Of a stretch of 64,000 nucleotides of DNA, positions 1-8,950 are shown in pieces. The stretch is from assembly GCA_910577095.1 (NCBI GenBank), contig CAJTLY010000006.1, forward strand, positions 1,344-65,343, given 5' to 3'. The notes beneath the pieces were generated by a model. The model ran no database searches. It worked only from the letters and a program-made list of their open reading frames with translations, and was not told where the DNA came from. Numbering within the stretch: position 1 is the first letter of the stretch; every line of letters starts with the position of its first letter. Origin of the DNA: an uncultured Alphaproteobacteria bacterium (GTDB taxonomy: Bacteria; Pseudomonadota; Alphaproteobacteria; RF32; CAG-239). The translations under genes were made by a program, and so were the position numbers.

Positions 1-967
1 AGCCGGTCGAGATACCGCCGACAATCAGAAACATCACCCCGCCGCGCCGGTTGTTGGGACGCAGGGCAAAAACAGCCGCCACCAACACCATTGCGCATAA
101 CAAGAACGGCGAATTCCACAATGACATATAGCGCATTTGATGCCGCAAAGCCGAAAAACCTGCCAACTCGTAAAAACGGATCGTATCCGGCAGATTCCAA
201 AAAGAAATTGCTTCCGGATCAATAAAATTTTCCTTTATCCGGTCAATTGTCAATGTAGTTTCGTAATCCACATTGTTGATTTTTTGCACCGGCTGTCCGG
301 CCTCAAAAATCCGCACGTCTTTCAGTTCAAACTTATTGCCTTTCAGTTCCGCCGCATAAGCTTCCACTCTTTTAAGCAATTGCGACTGGCGGTCCATTTC
401 CAACACGCTCACCCTTCTGAGCAACAATACGTCTTCTTCCTGCCGCACCGATTTCGCTTCCAATACCAAAAAGGTGTTTTCGTCAACCGCCTCGCGAATC
501 CACAAGCCCTTGTTTGAAAACAAAACCGCCTTCGGATCTTTCGTCTTAAAACGATAATCCAGCGTCTCATAAACTTCGTACAGATAAGAAGAAACCGGAT
601 TAAGCATCGTGATATTGACAATACCGACCATAAACACGGCAGCCAGCACCGGCGCCAAAAATCCCCAGATGGAAACCCCGGCCGCGCGGATAATGACAAA
701 TTCGTTGCTGCGACTGACTTTCCAAAACGTGATCATCGCCGCAATCATCATAATAAACGGAAACACCATTTCAAAGGTGCGCGGCAACTTGGAAAAGGCC
801 ATTTTCAGAATAAAAACCAAATCCACGTCCGGCCGGTCGGCGGTACGGCGTAACAGTTCGATCACTTCAAACATCAGAATAACGCCGGTTACCATCAACA
901 GAACCGCAATAAAATTGATTAAGATCTGTTTGGTCAGATATCGTCCCAAAATAGAAGTCGGATTCAT
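1..967 (-). CDS. lptG: LptF/LptG-family LPS export permease (first ~322 codons; C-terminus runs off the window start)
   Basis: Absent from the ORF track because it has no stop in the window. Hand translation from ATG 967..965 stays open to position 1: MNPTSILGRYLTKQILINFIAVLLMVTGVILMFEVIELLRR...SRSNEFVIIRAAGVSIW. This is the YjgP/YjgQ permease pattern. LptF versus LptG cannot be resolved by eye. Confidence 0.7.
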   Translation of the reverse strand, partial: MNPTSILGRYLTKQILINFIAVLLMVTGVILMFEVIELLRRTADRPDVDLVFILKMAFSKLPRTFEMVFPFIMMIAAMITFWKVSRSNEFVIIRAAGVSIWGFLAPVLAAVFMVGIVNITMLNPVSSYLYEVYETLDYRFKTKDPKAVLFSNKGLWIREAVDENTFLVLEAKSVRQEEDVLLLRRVSVLEMDRQSQLLKRVEAYAAELKGNKFELKDVRIFEAGQPVQKINNVDYETTLTIDRIKENFIDPEAISFWNLPDTIRFYELAGFSALRHQMRYMSLWNSPFLLCAMVLVAAVFALRPNNRRGGVMFLIVGGISTG

Positions 968-1036
968 CGCTTTCACTTTGTCTTGTTAAATTTGCTGCTC
1001 AGCATACCCAAAATTATGATGCTTGGCAAGCAGAGT

Positions 1037-1702
1037 TTATGCTTCTTGGGCTTCTTTTACCAACGCATCGACCAACGTTTTCAAACCGTTCAGCTGGCGC
1101 ACCCGTTTCATTCGTTCTCCGGAAATGATGCGACGGATTTTCTCCACCGTATCTTCCAGTTCTTCATTGACAACCACATAGTCAAATTCGTCCCAATGGC
1201 TGATTTTTTCCAAAACCATATTCATACGCTTTTCGATCACTTCGGGGCTGTCGGTCCCGCGACCTTCCAAACGGCGGCGTACTTCTTTGATCGACGGCGG
1301 CAGCAAATAAATCGTCACCGCATCGGCACCGGCCTTTTCCTTCATCTGACGCGCCCCCATCCAATCGAGATCAAACAACACGTCTTCGCCGACGTTGATA
1401 AAACTGTCCACCTCCGAACGCAAAGTTCCGTAACGGTTTCCGTACTGCGAGTCGACATATTCGTAAAAAGCGTCTTCCTTAATCAGCCGATCATACTGCT
1501 GATCGGTAATAAAATAATAATCCACCCCGTCAACCTCATTATGACGTCGCGGACGGGTGGTTACCGAAACCGAAAACTTAATATGCGGATCGCGGGCAAG
1601 AATTTCCTTAATGACGGTTCCTTTGCCGGCACCGGACGGCCCCTCGATAATAAACATGGTGCCGCGGCGGACCTTCCGCAGATAATTAATAACGTCTTCC
1701 AT
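1037..1702 (-). CDS. gmk: guanylate kinase
   Basis: 221-aa ORF with RRGTMFIIEGPSGAGKGT P-loop N-terminus and colinearity with guanylate kinases. Confidence 0.9.
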   Translation of the reverse strand: MEDVINYLRKVRRGTMFIIEGPSGAGKGTVIKEILARDPHIKFSVSVTTRPRRHNEVDGVDYYFITDQQYDRLIKEDAFYEYVDSQYGNRYGTLRSEVDSFINVGEDVLFDLDWMGARQMKEKAGADAVTIYLLPPSIKEVRRRLEGRGTDSPEVIEKRMNMVLEKISHWDEFDYVVVNEELEDTVEKIRRIISGERMKRVRQLNGLKTLVDALVKEAQEA

Positions 1703-1705
1703 TTT

Positions 1706-2608
1706 CTACTCCATATTTTGTACTTGTTCACGCAATTGCTCAATAACCGCCTTCAGTTCCATCCCGCGATTGATAATCTCAATATCCGCCGCTTTGGAAC
1801 AAGTTGTGTTGGTTTCGCGATTCAGTTCCTGACACAAAAAGTCGAAGCGGCGTCCCAACGTCTGCCCGGCTTCCAGCAATTGGCGCGCTGTTTTGACATG
1901 CGCCGTCAGCCGATCGATTTCTTCGCGAATATCGGCCCGGTTCACTAACAAAACAGCTTCCTGAGCCAGCCGTTCCTCACTGATCGGATTTCCTTCCAGC
2001 AATTCGGCCAGCTGGGCGGTGAGCTTTTGTTTCAAAGCTGCCGGTTGCAAGGCAGCTTTACGGGCAATGTCTTTAACCAAAGCCTCAATCCGGTCGACTT
2101 GTTGTTCCAGCACCGACTTAATTTTTGCACCTTCCTGACGGCGGTCAAACTGCAAACGCACGCAACATTCTTCAAAACCGGCGCTCAGCCGTTGGCGGAT
2201 CAACTCCAGTTCTTCCTCGCCAAAACGGTTTTTAACCACTTCAATCACGCCGTTTACTCCCAGCAGTTCACTGGCAGAGGGACGTGCCAAATCATCGGGA
2301 TGGGCACGGTACAAATCCACCGCGGCACCGGTCAGGCGTTCCAGCAATTCGCGATTGATGTTAACCTCGGTATCGCTGCGTTCAAGCGTCACTTCAAGCG
2401 AAACATTCATATTGCCGCGTTCAAAATAAGCGGCGGCAATATTGCGCAGATTAAGGCTGATTTCATCCAGCCACGACGGCAGCCGGGTTTTCAGGTCCAG
2501 ACTTTTGCCGTTGACGCTTTTAATTTCCCACACCCAGGAAAGCGAAAAGTTTCCCTGTTCCAAACTGCCGCTCTGGCGGGCAAAACCGGTCATACTGGAT
2601 ATTTGCAA
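1706..2608 (-). CDS. yicC: YicC-family stress-induced protein
   Basis: 300-aa ORF starting MQISSMTGFAR (YicC N-terminal signature), with a helical C-terminal half. It ends 4 nt upstream of gmk. Confidence 0.8.
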   Translation of the reverse strand: MQISSMTGFARQSGSLEQGNFSLSWVWEIKSVNGKSLDLKTRLPSWLDEISLNLRNIAAAYFERGNMNVSLEVTLERSDTEVNINRELLERLTGAAVDLYRAHPDDLARPSASELLGVNGVIEVVKNRFGEEELELIRQRLSAGFEECCVRLQFDRRQEGAKIKSVLEQQVDRIEALVKDIARKAALQPAALKQKLTAQLAELLEGNPISEERLAQEAVLLVNRADIREEIDRLTAHVKTARQLLEAGQTLGRRFDFLCQELNRETNTTCSKAADIEIINRGMELKAVIEQLREQVQNME

Positions 2609-2686
2609 AAAAGTTCTCCCGAAAAATAAAATTTTGGTTATTATAGAAGAAAAAGTTTAACAATACTTTATAACGGAATCAAAAAA

Positions 2687-3451
2687 ATGGAAACAAAATT
2701 CAAAAACGTTCTCATCACCGGCGCCTCTTCGGGAATCGGTCAGGCCATGGCCCTGTACTATGCCGCTGCCGGCACGGAACGCCTTTTTATCTGCGGACGC
2801 AACCGCGAACGCCTGGACGAAGTTAAACGGGAATGCGAAAAATTCGGCGCCAAAGTAGACGCCGCCGTCGTCGACGTCAACGATCGCGACAAGGTCAAGC
2901 GCTGGATCGTCGGCAGCAACAAAAAAGCAGCGCTTCATTTGGTGTTGGCCAATGCCGGAGTCGCAACCACCGCCGAAGTGGAAGAAAACATTTACAACAC
3001 TTTCAACACCAACATTTTCGGGGTTTTGCACACCGTTCTGCCGGCAATTGAAATATTTTCCAAACGACGGAGCAAAACACCGACGGCGATTGCCATGCTG
3101 AGTTCAATCGCCGGTTACCACGGCCTGGCCGGCTGCCCTTCCTACAGCGCCAGCAAAGCCTGCGTCAAAGCATACGGCGAAGCGCTCAGAGTATATTTGG
3201 CCCCTCGCAATATTCAAGTCAGCGTCATTTGTCCCGGATTCGTCAAGTCGCGCATTACCGACCGAAACACCTGCCCGATGCCGTTTTTCATGCCGGCAGA
3301 AAAAGCAGCAGCCATCATCGGACACCGGCTGGAAAACAATGTCGGACTAATCGCTTTTCCGTGGCCGATGCGCCTTTCGGCATGGTTTCTTTCGATTCTG
3401 CCCAACCGTCTCAGCAGCTTTATCGCTTCCAAATTGCCTTATAAAGTGTAA
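2687..3451 (+). CDS. short-chain dehydrogenase/reductase (SDR) family oxidoreductase
   Basis: TGASSGIG nucleotide-binding motif and YSASK catalytic motif. Substrate unknown. Confidence 0.8.
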   Translation: METKFKNVLITGASSGIGQAMALYYAAAGTERLFICGRNRERLDEVKRECEKFGAKVDAAVVDVNDRDKVKRWIVGSNKKAALHLVLANAGVATTAEVEENIYNTFNTNIFGVLHTVLPAIEIFSKRRSKTPTAIAMLSSIAGYHGLAGCPSYSASKACVKAYGEALRVYLAPRNIQVSVICPGFVKSRITDRNTCPMPFFMPAEKAAAIIGHRLENNVGLIAFPWPMRLSAWFLSILPNRLSSFIASKLPYKV

Positions 3452-3481
3452 ACGCTGCCGTACGATCGGTTTTTAAAAACC

Positions 3482-3523
3482 AAAAAGAGGAAACTTGCCG
3501 TTCAAGACAACTTTCCTCTTTTG
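3482..3523. terminator. bidirectional hairpin terminator
   Basis: AAAAAGAGGAAAcTTG-loop10-CAAcTTTCCTCTTTT, with an A-run before and a T-run after. It lies between the SDR gene (+) and the 70-aa ORF (-). Confidence 0.55.
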
Positions 3524-3535
3524 ATTTCTCTTTTC

Positions 3536-3748
3536 CTATTTCTTTTTTCCGAAAAAGGCCTTGCATGCCAGCACCGACATGACAATCAGCGCTGCCGAAG
3601 AAATCAGGGTGCCGCCGGCAAAATTAAATACCGCAACGGCAAAAAGATACACCGTCACATTTCTATACTCGCCGCGTCTAAAAAAGATAACAACCGGCGC
3701 TGCAAAGGCAATCAGAACTGCCCAGCAAATAATTTGAATCCATATCAT
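3536..3748 (-). CDS. small hydrophobic membrane protein (70 aa), hypothetical
   Basis: Two to three predicted TM helices and a KKK C-terminus. No obvious SD. It is preceded by the structured leader at 3771-3941. Confidence 0.4.
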   Translation of the reverse strand: MIWIQIICWAVLIAFAAPVVIFFRRGEYRNVTVYLFAVAVFNFAGGTLISSAALIVMSVLACKAFFGKKK

Positions 3749-3770
3749 ATATTATATTTTTAATTTTCAT

Positions 3771-3941
3771 CGAAAAAAGGTTAACATATGGTTCGGATTC
3801 TTTTGGCACAGAAATTTTCGAACATATGATTAACCTTAAAAATACGAAATTTTTTCAGTATGGATTATATGTTCGTTTCTTTGGCACAGAAAAGAGATAC
3901 ATATAATAATCAACTAAAAAGTAACAAAATCGTATTTTGTA
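3771..3941 (-). ncRNA. candidate structured leader or small RNA with two hairpins carrying the same loop sequence; the second hairpin is terminator-like
   Basis: Hairpin 1 has 3864-3872 pairing with 3899-3907. Hairpin 2 has 3777-3795 pairing with 3819-3837 (18 bp, two 1-nt bulges), followed on the minus strand by TTTTTT. Both loops contain TTCTGTGCCAAA(A)GAA on the minus strand. Confidence 0.3.
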
Positions 3942-3947
3942 AATTTG

Positions 3948-3976
3948 ATTATAAACCTTTTATGATTGCTCCGCAA
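3948..3976 (-). promoter_or_regulatory. sigma70-like promoter (TTGCGG-N17-TATAAT) driving the 3771-3941 element
   Basis: Minus-strand -35 TTGCGG (3976..3971), 17-nt spacer, perfect -10 TATAAT (3953..3948). Confidence 0.4.
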
Positions 3977-4018
3977 CAAAAATATCTGCTCGAATCCCTC
4001 ATACCGCTAACCGGGCGC

Positions 4019-4055
4019 AAAAAAACAGCCCTGAATCGACATCAGGGCTGTTTTT
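4019..4055. terminator. bidirectional rho-independent terminator downstream of carD
   Basis: AAAAAAA-CAGCCCTGA-loop7-TCAGGGCTG-TTTTT, a 9-bp perfect stem. Confidence 0.7.
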
Positions 4056-4068
4056 ATCCGGCAAAGAA

Positions 4069-4611
4069 TTATTCTGCGGCAATCGCGGCATCGGCCGACA
4101 AAATGTCCAACAGCTTTTTGGTCGCATCCGGCGCACTGATATTGTTGCAAATGGCATATTCGTTGGCCAGCCGATCAAGCGCCTGTTCATAAATCTGACG
4201 TTCGCTGTAAGACTGTTCCGAAAGGTTCTCGCGGCGATAAAGGTCCCGGACCACTTCCGCAATCGCTACCGGGCTGCCCGAATTGATTTTGTTTTCATAT
4301 TCCTGAGCACGGCGCGACCACATGATCTTCTTGACCTTTGCCTTGCCTTTCAAGACATCAACCGCTTCATCCATGATCGACGTTTCGGAAATTTTGCGCA
4401 AGCCCACGCTCTCGGCCTTACAGAGCGGCACCCGCAGCGTCATCTTATCTTTGTCAAAATTAACAACAATCAATTCTAATTCAGATCCTCCGATTTTCTG
4501 TGTGGCAATATCGGCAACTTTTCCCACCCCGTGAGCCGGATAAACCACAAATTCGCCGGAATTGAATACAATTTTCGATGTTGTTTTCTTGTTCATTACT
4601 TGTTTTCCCAT
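4069..4611 (-). CDS. carD: CarD/CdnL-family RNA-polymerase-binding transcription regulator
   Basis: FNSGEFVVYPAHGVGKV N-terminal Tudor-like motif plus a helical C-terminal domain, as in CarD_CdnL_TRCF proteins. Confidence 0.85.
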   Translation of the reverse strand: MGKQVMNKKTTSKIVFNSGEFVVYPAHGVGKVADIATQKIGGSELELIVVNFDKDKMTLRVPLCKAESVGLRKISETSIMDEAVDVLKGKAKVKKIMWSRRAQEYENKINSGSPVAIAEVVRDLYRRENLSEQSYSERQIYEQALDRLANEYAICNNISAPDATKKLLDILSADAAIAAE

Positions 4612-4709
4612 AAGTTAAACCAAATATCCAAATCTTCGTTTTTCTCCAAAACAGTGCCTACTATACCACATTTTAAAGGGTAAATCCAGTCTGTTTTTTT
4701 ATTTTTTTG

Positions 4710-5189
4710 TCAATTGCCGCCGCTGACCGGAAACAACTGTGTCTGGCGAAGCGCTTCCCCCAAAACCATCGTCGCCGACACCGCCACGTTAATCGAACGC
4801 GCCGCTTCGGTCATCGGAATGGTTACACGGGCATCCACCGACTGATGAACCGCTTCCGGAACCCCGGCGCTTTCGCGGCCGACCATCAGAACGTCGGTGG
4901 GTCGAAACTCAAAATCGGTATAACACAGCGGCGATTTCGTCGTCAGCAAAACGATACGGCCGTATTCTTCCGGATGCGCATAAGCATAGCTGCAAAAGTC
5001 ATCCCAGGAATTATGACGCCGATATTTGACCAAATCGAGATAATCCATGCCGTAACGGCGTAAAGCCCGCTCATCAAATACAAAACCGCAAGGTTCGATA
5101 ATATCGACTTCAACCCCCATACAGGCACCAAGCCGCAGCATGGTGCCCGTATTTTGCGGCATATCGGGTTGAAACAAAGCCAACCGCAT
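4710..5189 (-). CDS. trmL: tRNA (cytidine/uridine-2'-O)-methyltransferase TrmL (SpoU family)
   Basis: 159 aa starting MRLALFQPDMPQNTGTMLRLGA, which closely parallels E. coli TrmL [21 protein letters not shown]. Confidence 0.85.
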   Translation of the reverse strand: MRLALFQPDMPQNTGTMLRLGACMGVEVDIIEPCGFVFDERALRRYGMDYLDLVKYRRHNSWDDFCSYAYAHPEEYGRIVLLTTKSPLCYTDFEFRPTDVLMVGRESAGVPEAVHQSVDARVTIPMTEAARSINVAVSATMVLGEALRQTQLFPVSGGN

Positions 5190-5191
5190 GA

Positions 5192-8100
5192 TCAGGCGCC
5201 TTTTTTCAAAGCCATTGCTTCGGCCGTGGCGGCAGCGTCATATTCAACGTCAAAACATACCCGGCAGCCTTCGATCTCGGCCGCGGTACCGGCCGTGCAG
5301 TCGGTTTCCGTTTCCTCGGCTTTGGCCAGAACCTGTTCGGCAATCATCGCCTTAAACTTCTCCAGCGCCGTCGCCAGCTTTCCTTCCGCTTTCCAGCGCA
5401 GACGGATGCGATAATAGATTTCAAAATCTTTGTCTTTACGCAGACTTTGAACCATTCGCACAAAATCGCGGGCCATGCCTTCCTGTTCCAGGGTTTCGCT
5501 GACTTCGGTATTGAGAACGATCACCGCCTTGTTGTCGGCAAAAGCCTTTCCGGCTTTTCCGTTCAGAATCTCCAGTCTTTCCTCATACAGATCGGGTGTG
5601 AGGGCAATTCCCGCCACGCAGATTCCTTCGCTGCCGTTCTCGCTCCAGCAGGGAACGCCGGTCTTTTTGTATTCGTTATAGGCAGCCATAACCTTACCCA
5701 TATCTTTGCCGAGCTTTTTGCCGAGCAACGGCGTATAAAGATAAAGCGACGGCGCGGCATAGGCTCCCACATTGCTGTCCGCCTGCACTTGTTTGACATT
5801 GAGTTCGTCTTTGATGATCTCTTTGTAAGCGTCGTTTAAAAAGCCCAAATTACTGCCGGCAACCGTCAGGTCGGAAAGCGGCAGCCGGTTACGCAGATTC
5901 TTCTCTTCACGGACAAATTTTCCGGCCGAACACAAATCCTGCACAAAGTCCATTTCGCGCACCAAGTTTTCATCGGCGTCAACGTCCGACAATTCGGGGT
6001 AATCGGTCAGATGAACCGAAGCCCGGGCGTCGACCAGCGCCTGATAAACATATTCGGTTGTAAACGGCATCAGCGGCGCCATGATCTTGCTCAAATTGAC
6101 CAAAACGGTATACAGAACGTCAAACGCCTGTCGGTCGCCGGCCCAGAAACGATCGCGGGTACGGCGAATGTACCAGTTGTTGAGAATTTCCATAAACGCG
6201 GCAATTTCATTGCAGGCATGGGCAACATCATAAGTGTTTAACCCGTGCTTGACTTCTGTCGCCAGTTTCTTCAGCTTTGAAAGAATATAGTTGTCCAAGA
6301 ACTCGCTTGAACGGCAGACCTCTTTGGCTTTATAACCTTCTGCGTTGGCGTACAGGGTAAAGAAATAAAAAGCGTTCCAGAACGGAATCTGGGCTACCCG
6401 GGCAGCCTTGACGATTTCCTTGCCTTCCTGATCAACCGCCAGATTGCCGCCTTTGAGCACCGGAGACGACACCAGGAACCAGCGCAGCGTATCCGATCCC
6501 ATGCTGTCCAGCACCATTGCCGGATCGGGATAGTTTTTCAAACGTTTGGAAAGCTTTTGTCCGCCTTCGGCCATCAACAGACCGGTGCAAACGCAGTTTT
6601 TAAAAGCCGGGCGTTGGTGCAACGCCGTTGACAACACGGTAAGGGTATAGAACCAGCCGCGGGTCTGATCCATCGCTTCAACGATAAAGTCGGCCGGAAA
6701 ATGGTTTTCAAACCACTCTTTGTTTTCAAACGGATAATGCACTTGCGCATAAGGCATTGAACCCGATTCAAACCAGCAGTCAAAAACGTCGCTCACCCGC
6801 CGCATCATGCTTTTGCCGGTCGGATCTTTGACGTTCGGATAAACCACGTCGTCAATATACGGTTTATGCAGATCGGTCACTTCAATTCCCGTTTTGGCTT
6901 TGATTTCTTCGATTGAGCCGAAAACGTCTACGTTGGGATATTTCGGATCGTCCGATTTCCAAACCGGGATCGGCGTTCCCCAAAAACGGTTACGCGAAAT
7001 CGACCAGTCGCGGGCGCCTTCCAGCCATTTGCCGAAACGGCCGTCTTTGATATGCTCGGGAACCCAGTTGATTTCCTGATTGTTTTTAACCATCCGGTCG
7101 CGAAAATCTGTAACCTTGACAAACCATGACGACATCGCTTTGTAAATCAGCGGCGTATCGGTGCGCCAACAGAACGGATAAGAGTGGGTATACTGTTCTT
7201 TTTTGACCAACAGGCCGTTTGTTTTCAGCCACTGCATGATCGGTTCGTTGGTTTCGAAAACCTGTTTTCCTTCATAATCGGGAACTTCGGCGGTAAATTT
7301 TCCGGCCTCGTCCACCGGACAAACCACCGGGAAATTTTCATCATAGGCCCGGCAGGCGTCAAAGTCGTCCTGTCCGAAACCGGGCGCAATATGAACCACG
7401 CCTGTACCGTCTTCGGTCGACACAAACTCGCCGCTCAAGATCTTAAACGCACCCTTTTCTTTTAAGGCTGCAAAATAAGGAAACATCGGTTCATAAGCGG
7501 TGCCGACCAGTTCGGAACCTTTCAGGGTTCCGACCCGAACCGCGTTTTCCAGTTGCTTTTTATAACGTCCGAGCAGTGCTTCGGCCAAAATATACTTCTG
7601 GCCGTCCTCTTCCATCACCGCATAGGAAATATCGCTGCCCACCGCCAGCATCAGGTTGGACGGCAAAGTCCATGGCGTGGTGGTCCAGACCAAAATTTTC
7701 ATGCCGTTTTCCAGCTTGAACATCACCGTGATCGCATTGTCGGTTTTGTCCTGATATCCCTGATTGACTTCAAAGTTTGACAACGGCGTTTCGGCAGCCC
7801 ACGAATACGGCAGTACCCGAAAATCCTCATAAATCAGTCCTTTGTCGTACAATTGCTTAAAATTATTGATGACGCTTTCCATAAACGGCAGATCCATCGT
7901 TTTGTAATCGCGCGAAAAATCGACCCAGCGACCGATGCGTTTAAACATATCCACCCAGATGCCGGAATATTTCAACACGTCCTGACGGCAAAACTGATTA
8001 AACTTTTCAACCCCGAACTCTTCAATTTGTTTGCGTCCGGAAACTCCCAACTGCTTTTCAGCCGACATTTCGGCCGGCAGACCGTGACAATCCCATCCCA

Positions 8101-8356
8101 GACGACGATCGACTTTTTTGCCGTTCATGGTCTGAAAACGGGCCACAACGTCTTTGACATACGAAACCATAATATGTCCGTAATGCGGGGTTCCGTTGGC
8201 AAACGGGGGACCGTCATAAAATACGAATTCGTCGGCACCGTTACGGTTTTCGACCGATTTTTCAAAAGTCTTGTCTTCTTCCCAAAATTGGAGCACGCTC
8301 TTTTCAAGCGCGGCAAAATCCGGTTTTGCTTTCTGTTCAGCATAATGTTTTGTCAT
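5192..8356 (-). CDS. ileS: isoleucine--tRNA ligase, long (type 2, eukaryote-like) form
   Basis: 1054 aa. HIGH-type motif PHYGH, KMSKS-type motif KLSKR, and class Ia editing-domain architecture. Confidence 0.95.
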   Translation of the reverse strand: MTKHYAEQKAKPDFAALEKSVLQFWEEDKTFEKSVENRNGADEFVFYDGPPFANGTPHYGHIMVSYVKDVVARFQTMNGKKVDRRLGWDCHGLPAEMSAEKQLGVSGRKQIEEFGVEKFNQFCRQDVLKYSGIWVDMFKRIGRWVDFSRDYKTMDLPFMESVINNFKQLYDKGLIYEDFRVLPYSWAAETPLSNFEVNQGYQDKTDNAITVMFKLENGMKILVWTTTPWTLPSNLMLAVGSDISYAVMEEDGQKYILAEALLGRYKKQLENAVRVGTLKGSELVGTAYEPMFPYFAALKEKGAFKILSGEFVSTEDGTGVVHIAPGFGQDDFDACRAYDENFPVVCPVDEAGKFTAEVPDYEGKQVFETNEPIMQWLKTNGLLVKKEQYTHSYPFCWRTDTPLIYKAMSSWFVKVTDFRDRMVKNNQEINWVPEHIKDGRFGKWLEGARDWSISRNRFWGTPIPVWKSDDPKYPNVDVFGSIEEIKAKTGIEVTDLHKPYIDDVVYPNVKDPTGKSMMRRVSDVFDCWFESGSMPYAQVHYPFENKEWFENHFPADFIVEAMDQTRGWFYTLTVLSTALHQRPAFKNCVCTGLLMAEGGQKLSKRLKNYPDPAMVLDSMGSDTLRWFLVSSPVLKGGNLAVDQEGKEIVKAARVAQIPFWNAFYFFTLYANAEGYKAKEVCRSSEFLDNYILSKLKKLATEVKHGLNTYDVAHACNEIAAFMEILNNWYIRRTRDRFWAGDRQAFDVLYTVLVNLSKIMAPLMPFTTEYVYQALVDARASVHLTDYPELSDVDADENLVREMDFVQDLCSAGKFVREEKNLRNRLPLSDLTVAGSNLGFLNDAYKEIIKDELNVKQVQADSNVGAYAAPSLYLYTPLLGKKLGKDMGKVMAAYNEYKKTGVPCWSENGSEGICVAGIALTPDLYEERLEILNGKAGKAFADNKAVIVLNTEVSETLEQEGMARDFVRMVQSLRKDKDFEIYYRIRLRWKAEGKLATALEKFKAMIAEQVLAKAEETETDCTAGTAAEIEGCRVCFDVEYDAAATAEAMALKKGA

Positions 8357-8433
8357 TAATCCAACACCTTAAAGTTTTTGATTGTGAATCTGATTGATTA
8401 GAAATTTTGAATTTGTGTATGTGCAAAAAAGTA

Positions 8434-8449
8434 TATCCCCTAGGGGATA
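8434..8449. repeat. perfect 16-bp palindrome TATCCCCTAGGGGATA in the ileS upstream region
   Basis: Read directly. The sequence is self-complementary with no loop, so a dimeric protein-binding site is more likely than a hairpin. Confidence 0.6.
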
Positions 8450-8587
8450 ATAATCGAAACCGCGTATATCAAAAAGCTGCACATAAAAACCGTCCGCATT
8501 AAAATTTATTTCCGGCTTAACAATTTAATACAACAAAGTCGGCAAGTCAAGCGCTTATATCATCGGGCCGACACCGCTCTTTTTTAC

Positions 8588-8616
8588 TTGTAAGGGATAT
8601 AGTTTTATGATAATAT
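8588..8616 (+). promoter_or_regulatory. sigma70-like promoter TTGTAA-N17-TAATAT
   Basis: Spacing was hand-counted. It is followed by TTTGTCTATAAA and a strong AAAGGAG SD before ATG 8653. Confidence 0.4.
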
Positions 8617-8652
8617 TTTGTCTATAAATTTTATCAAAAAAGGAGTCCGCAC

Positions 8653-8949
8653 ATGGACAGCAAAAAAATCGCCCGCGGCGGCGTCAGCGTTGCCGAAACT
8701 CTCGCCAAATACGGCATCAAAGGCACCGGCATGATCATCCGCTGCGGCGCCGAGGCAACCGGCATACTCGTCAAGGAAGCCTGCAGCCTCGCCTCCCATT
8801 TTTCAGGTTGTTCGCTCGGCAACAACATCGGCGACTTTCTCATGAAAAAGACCAACGGACTGGTCAAGCATGCCACCAAAGCAGCGGAAAAAGGCGGCAT
8901 CGCCGTGGTAAAGAACCTGGCTGATCGTGCCCGCAACGGATTGTCCTGA
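8653..8949 (+). CDS. hypothetical protein (98 aa, Gly/Ala-rich, 3 Cys)
   Basis: Strong SD (AAAGGAG, 7 nt upstream). No family recognised. Confidence 0.55.
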   Translation: MDSKKIARGGVSVAETLAKYGIKGTGMIIRCGAEATGILVKEACSLASHFSGCSLGNNIGDFLMKKTNGLVKHATKAAEKGGIAVVKNLADRARNGLS

Positions 8950-8950
8950 T

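Noticed and set aside
3803-3820. TTGGCACAGAAATTTTCG, and a second TTGGCACAG at 3881, resemble the -24 element (TGGCAC) of sigma54 promoters.
   Set aside because: The -12 TTGC(A/T) element is absent (TTTTC and AGAGA instead). No plus-strand gene lies downstream. The motif sits in the loops of two inverted repeats, so it is better explained as an RNA or operator element on the minus strand.
8357-8652. A possible T-box or other leader upstream of ileS, and likewise at 10388-10474 upstream of tyrS.
   Set aside because: There is no specifier-loop or T-box consensus and no terminator/antiterminator pair. The tyrS leader is under 90 nt. T-boxes are also not expected in alphaproteobacteria.
8927-8950. 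An alternative start at ATG 8927 for the second ORF of the coupled pair, overlapping the first ORF by 23 nt.
   Set aside because: ATG 8951, directly after the upstream stop (TGAtATG), gives classic translational coupling. Neither start can be proven from sequence alone.
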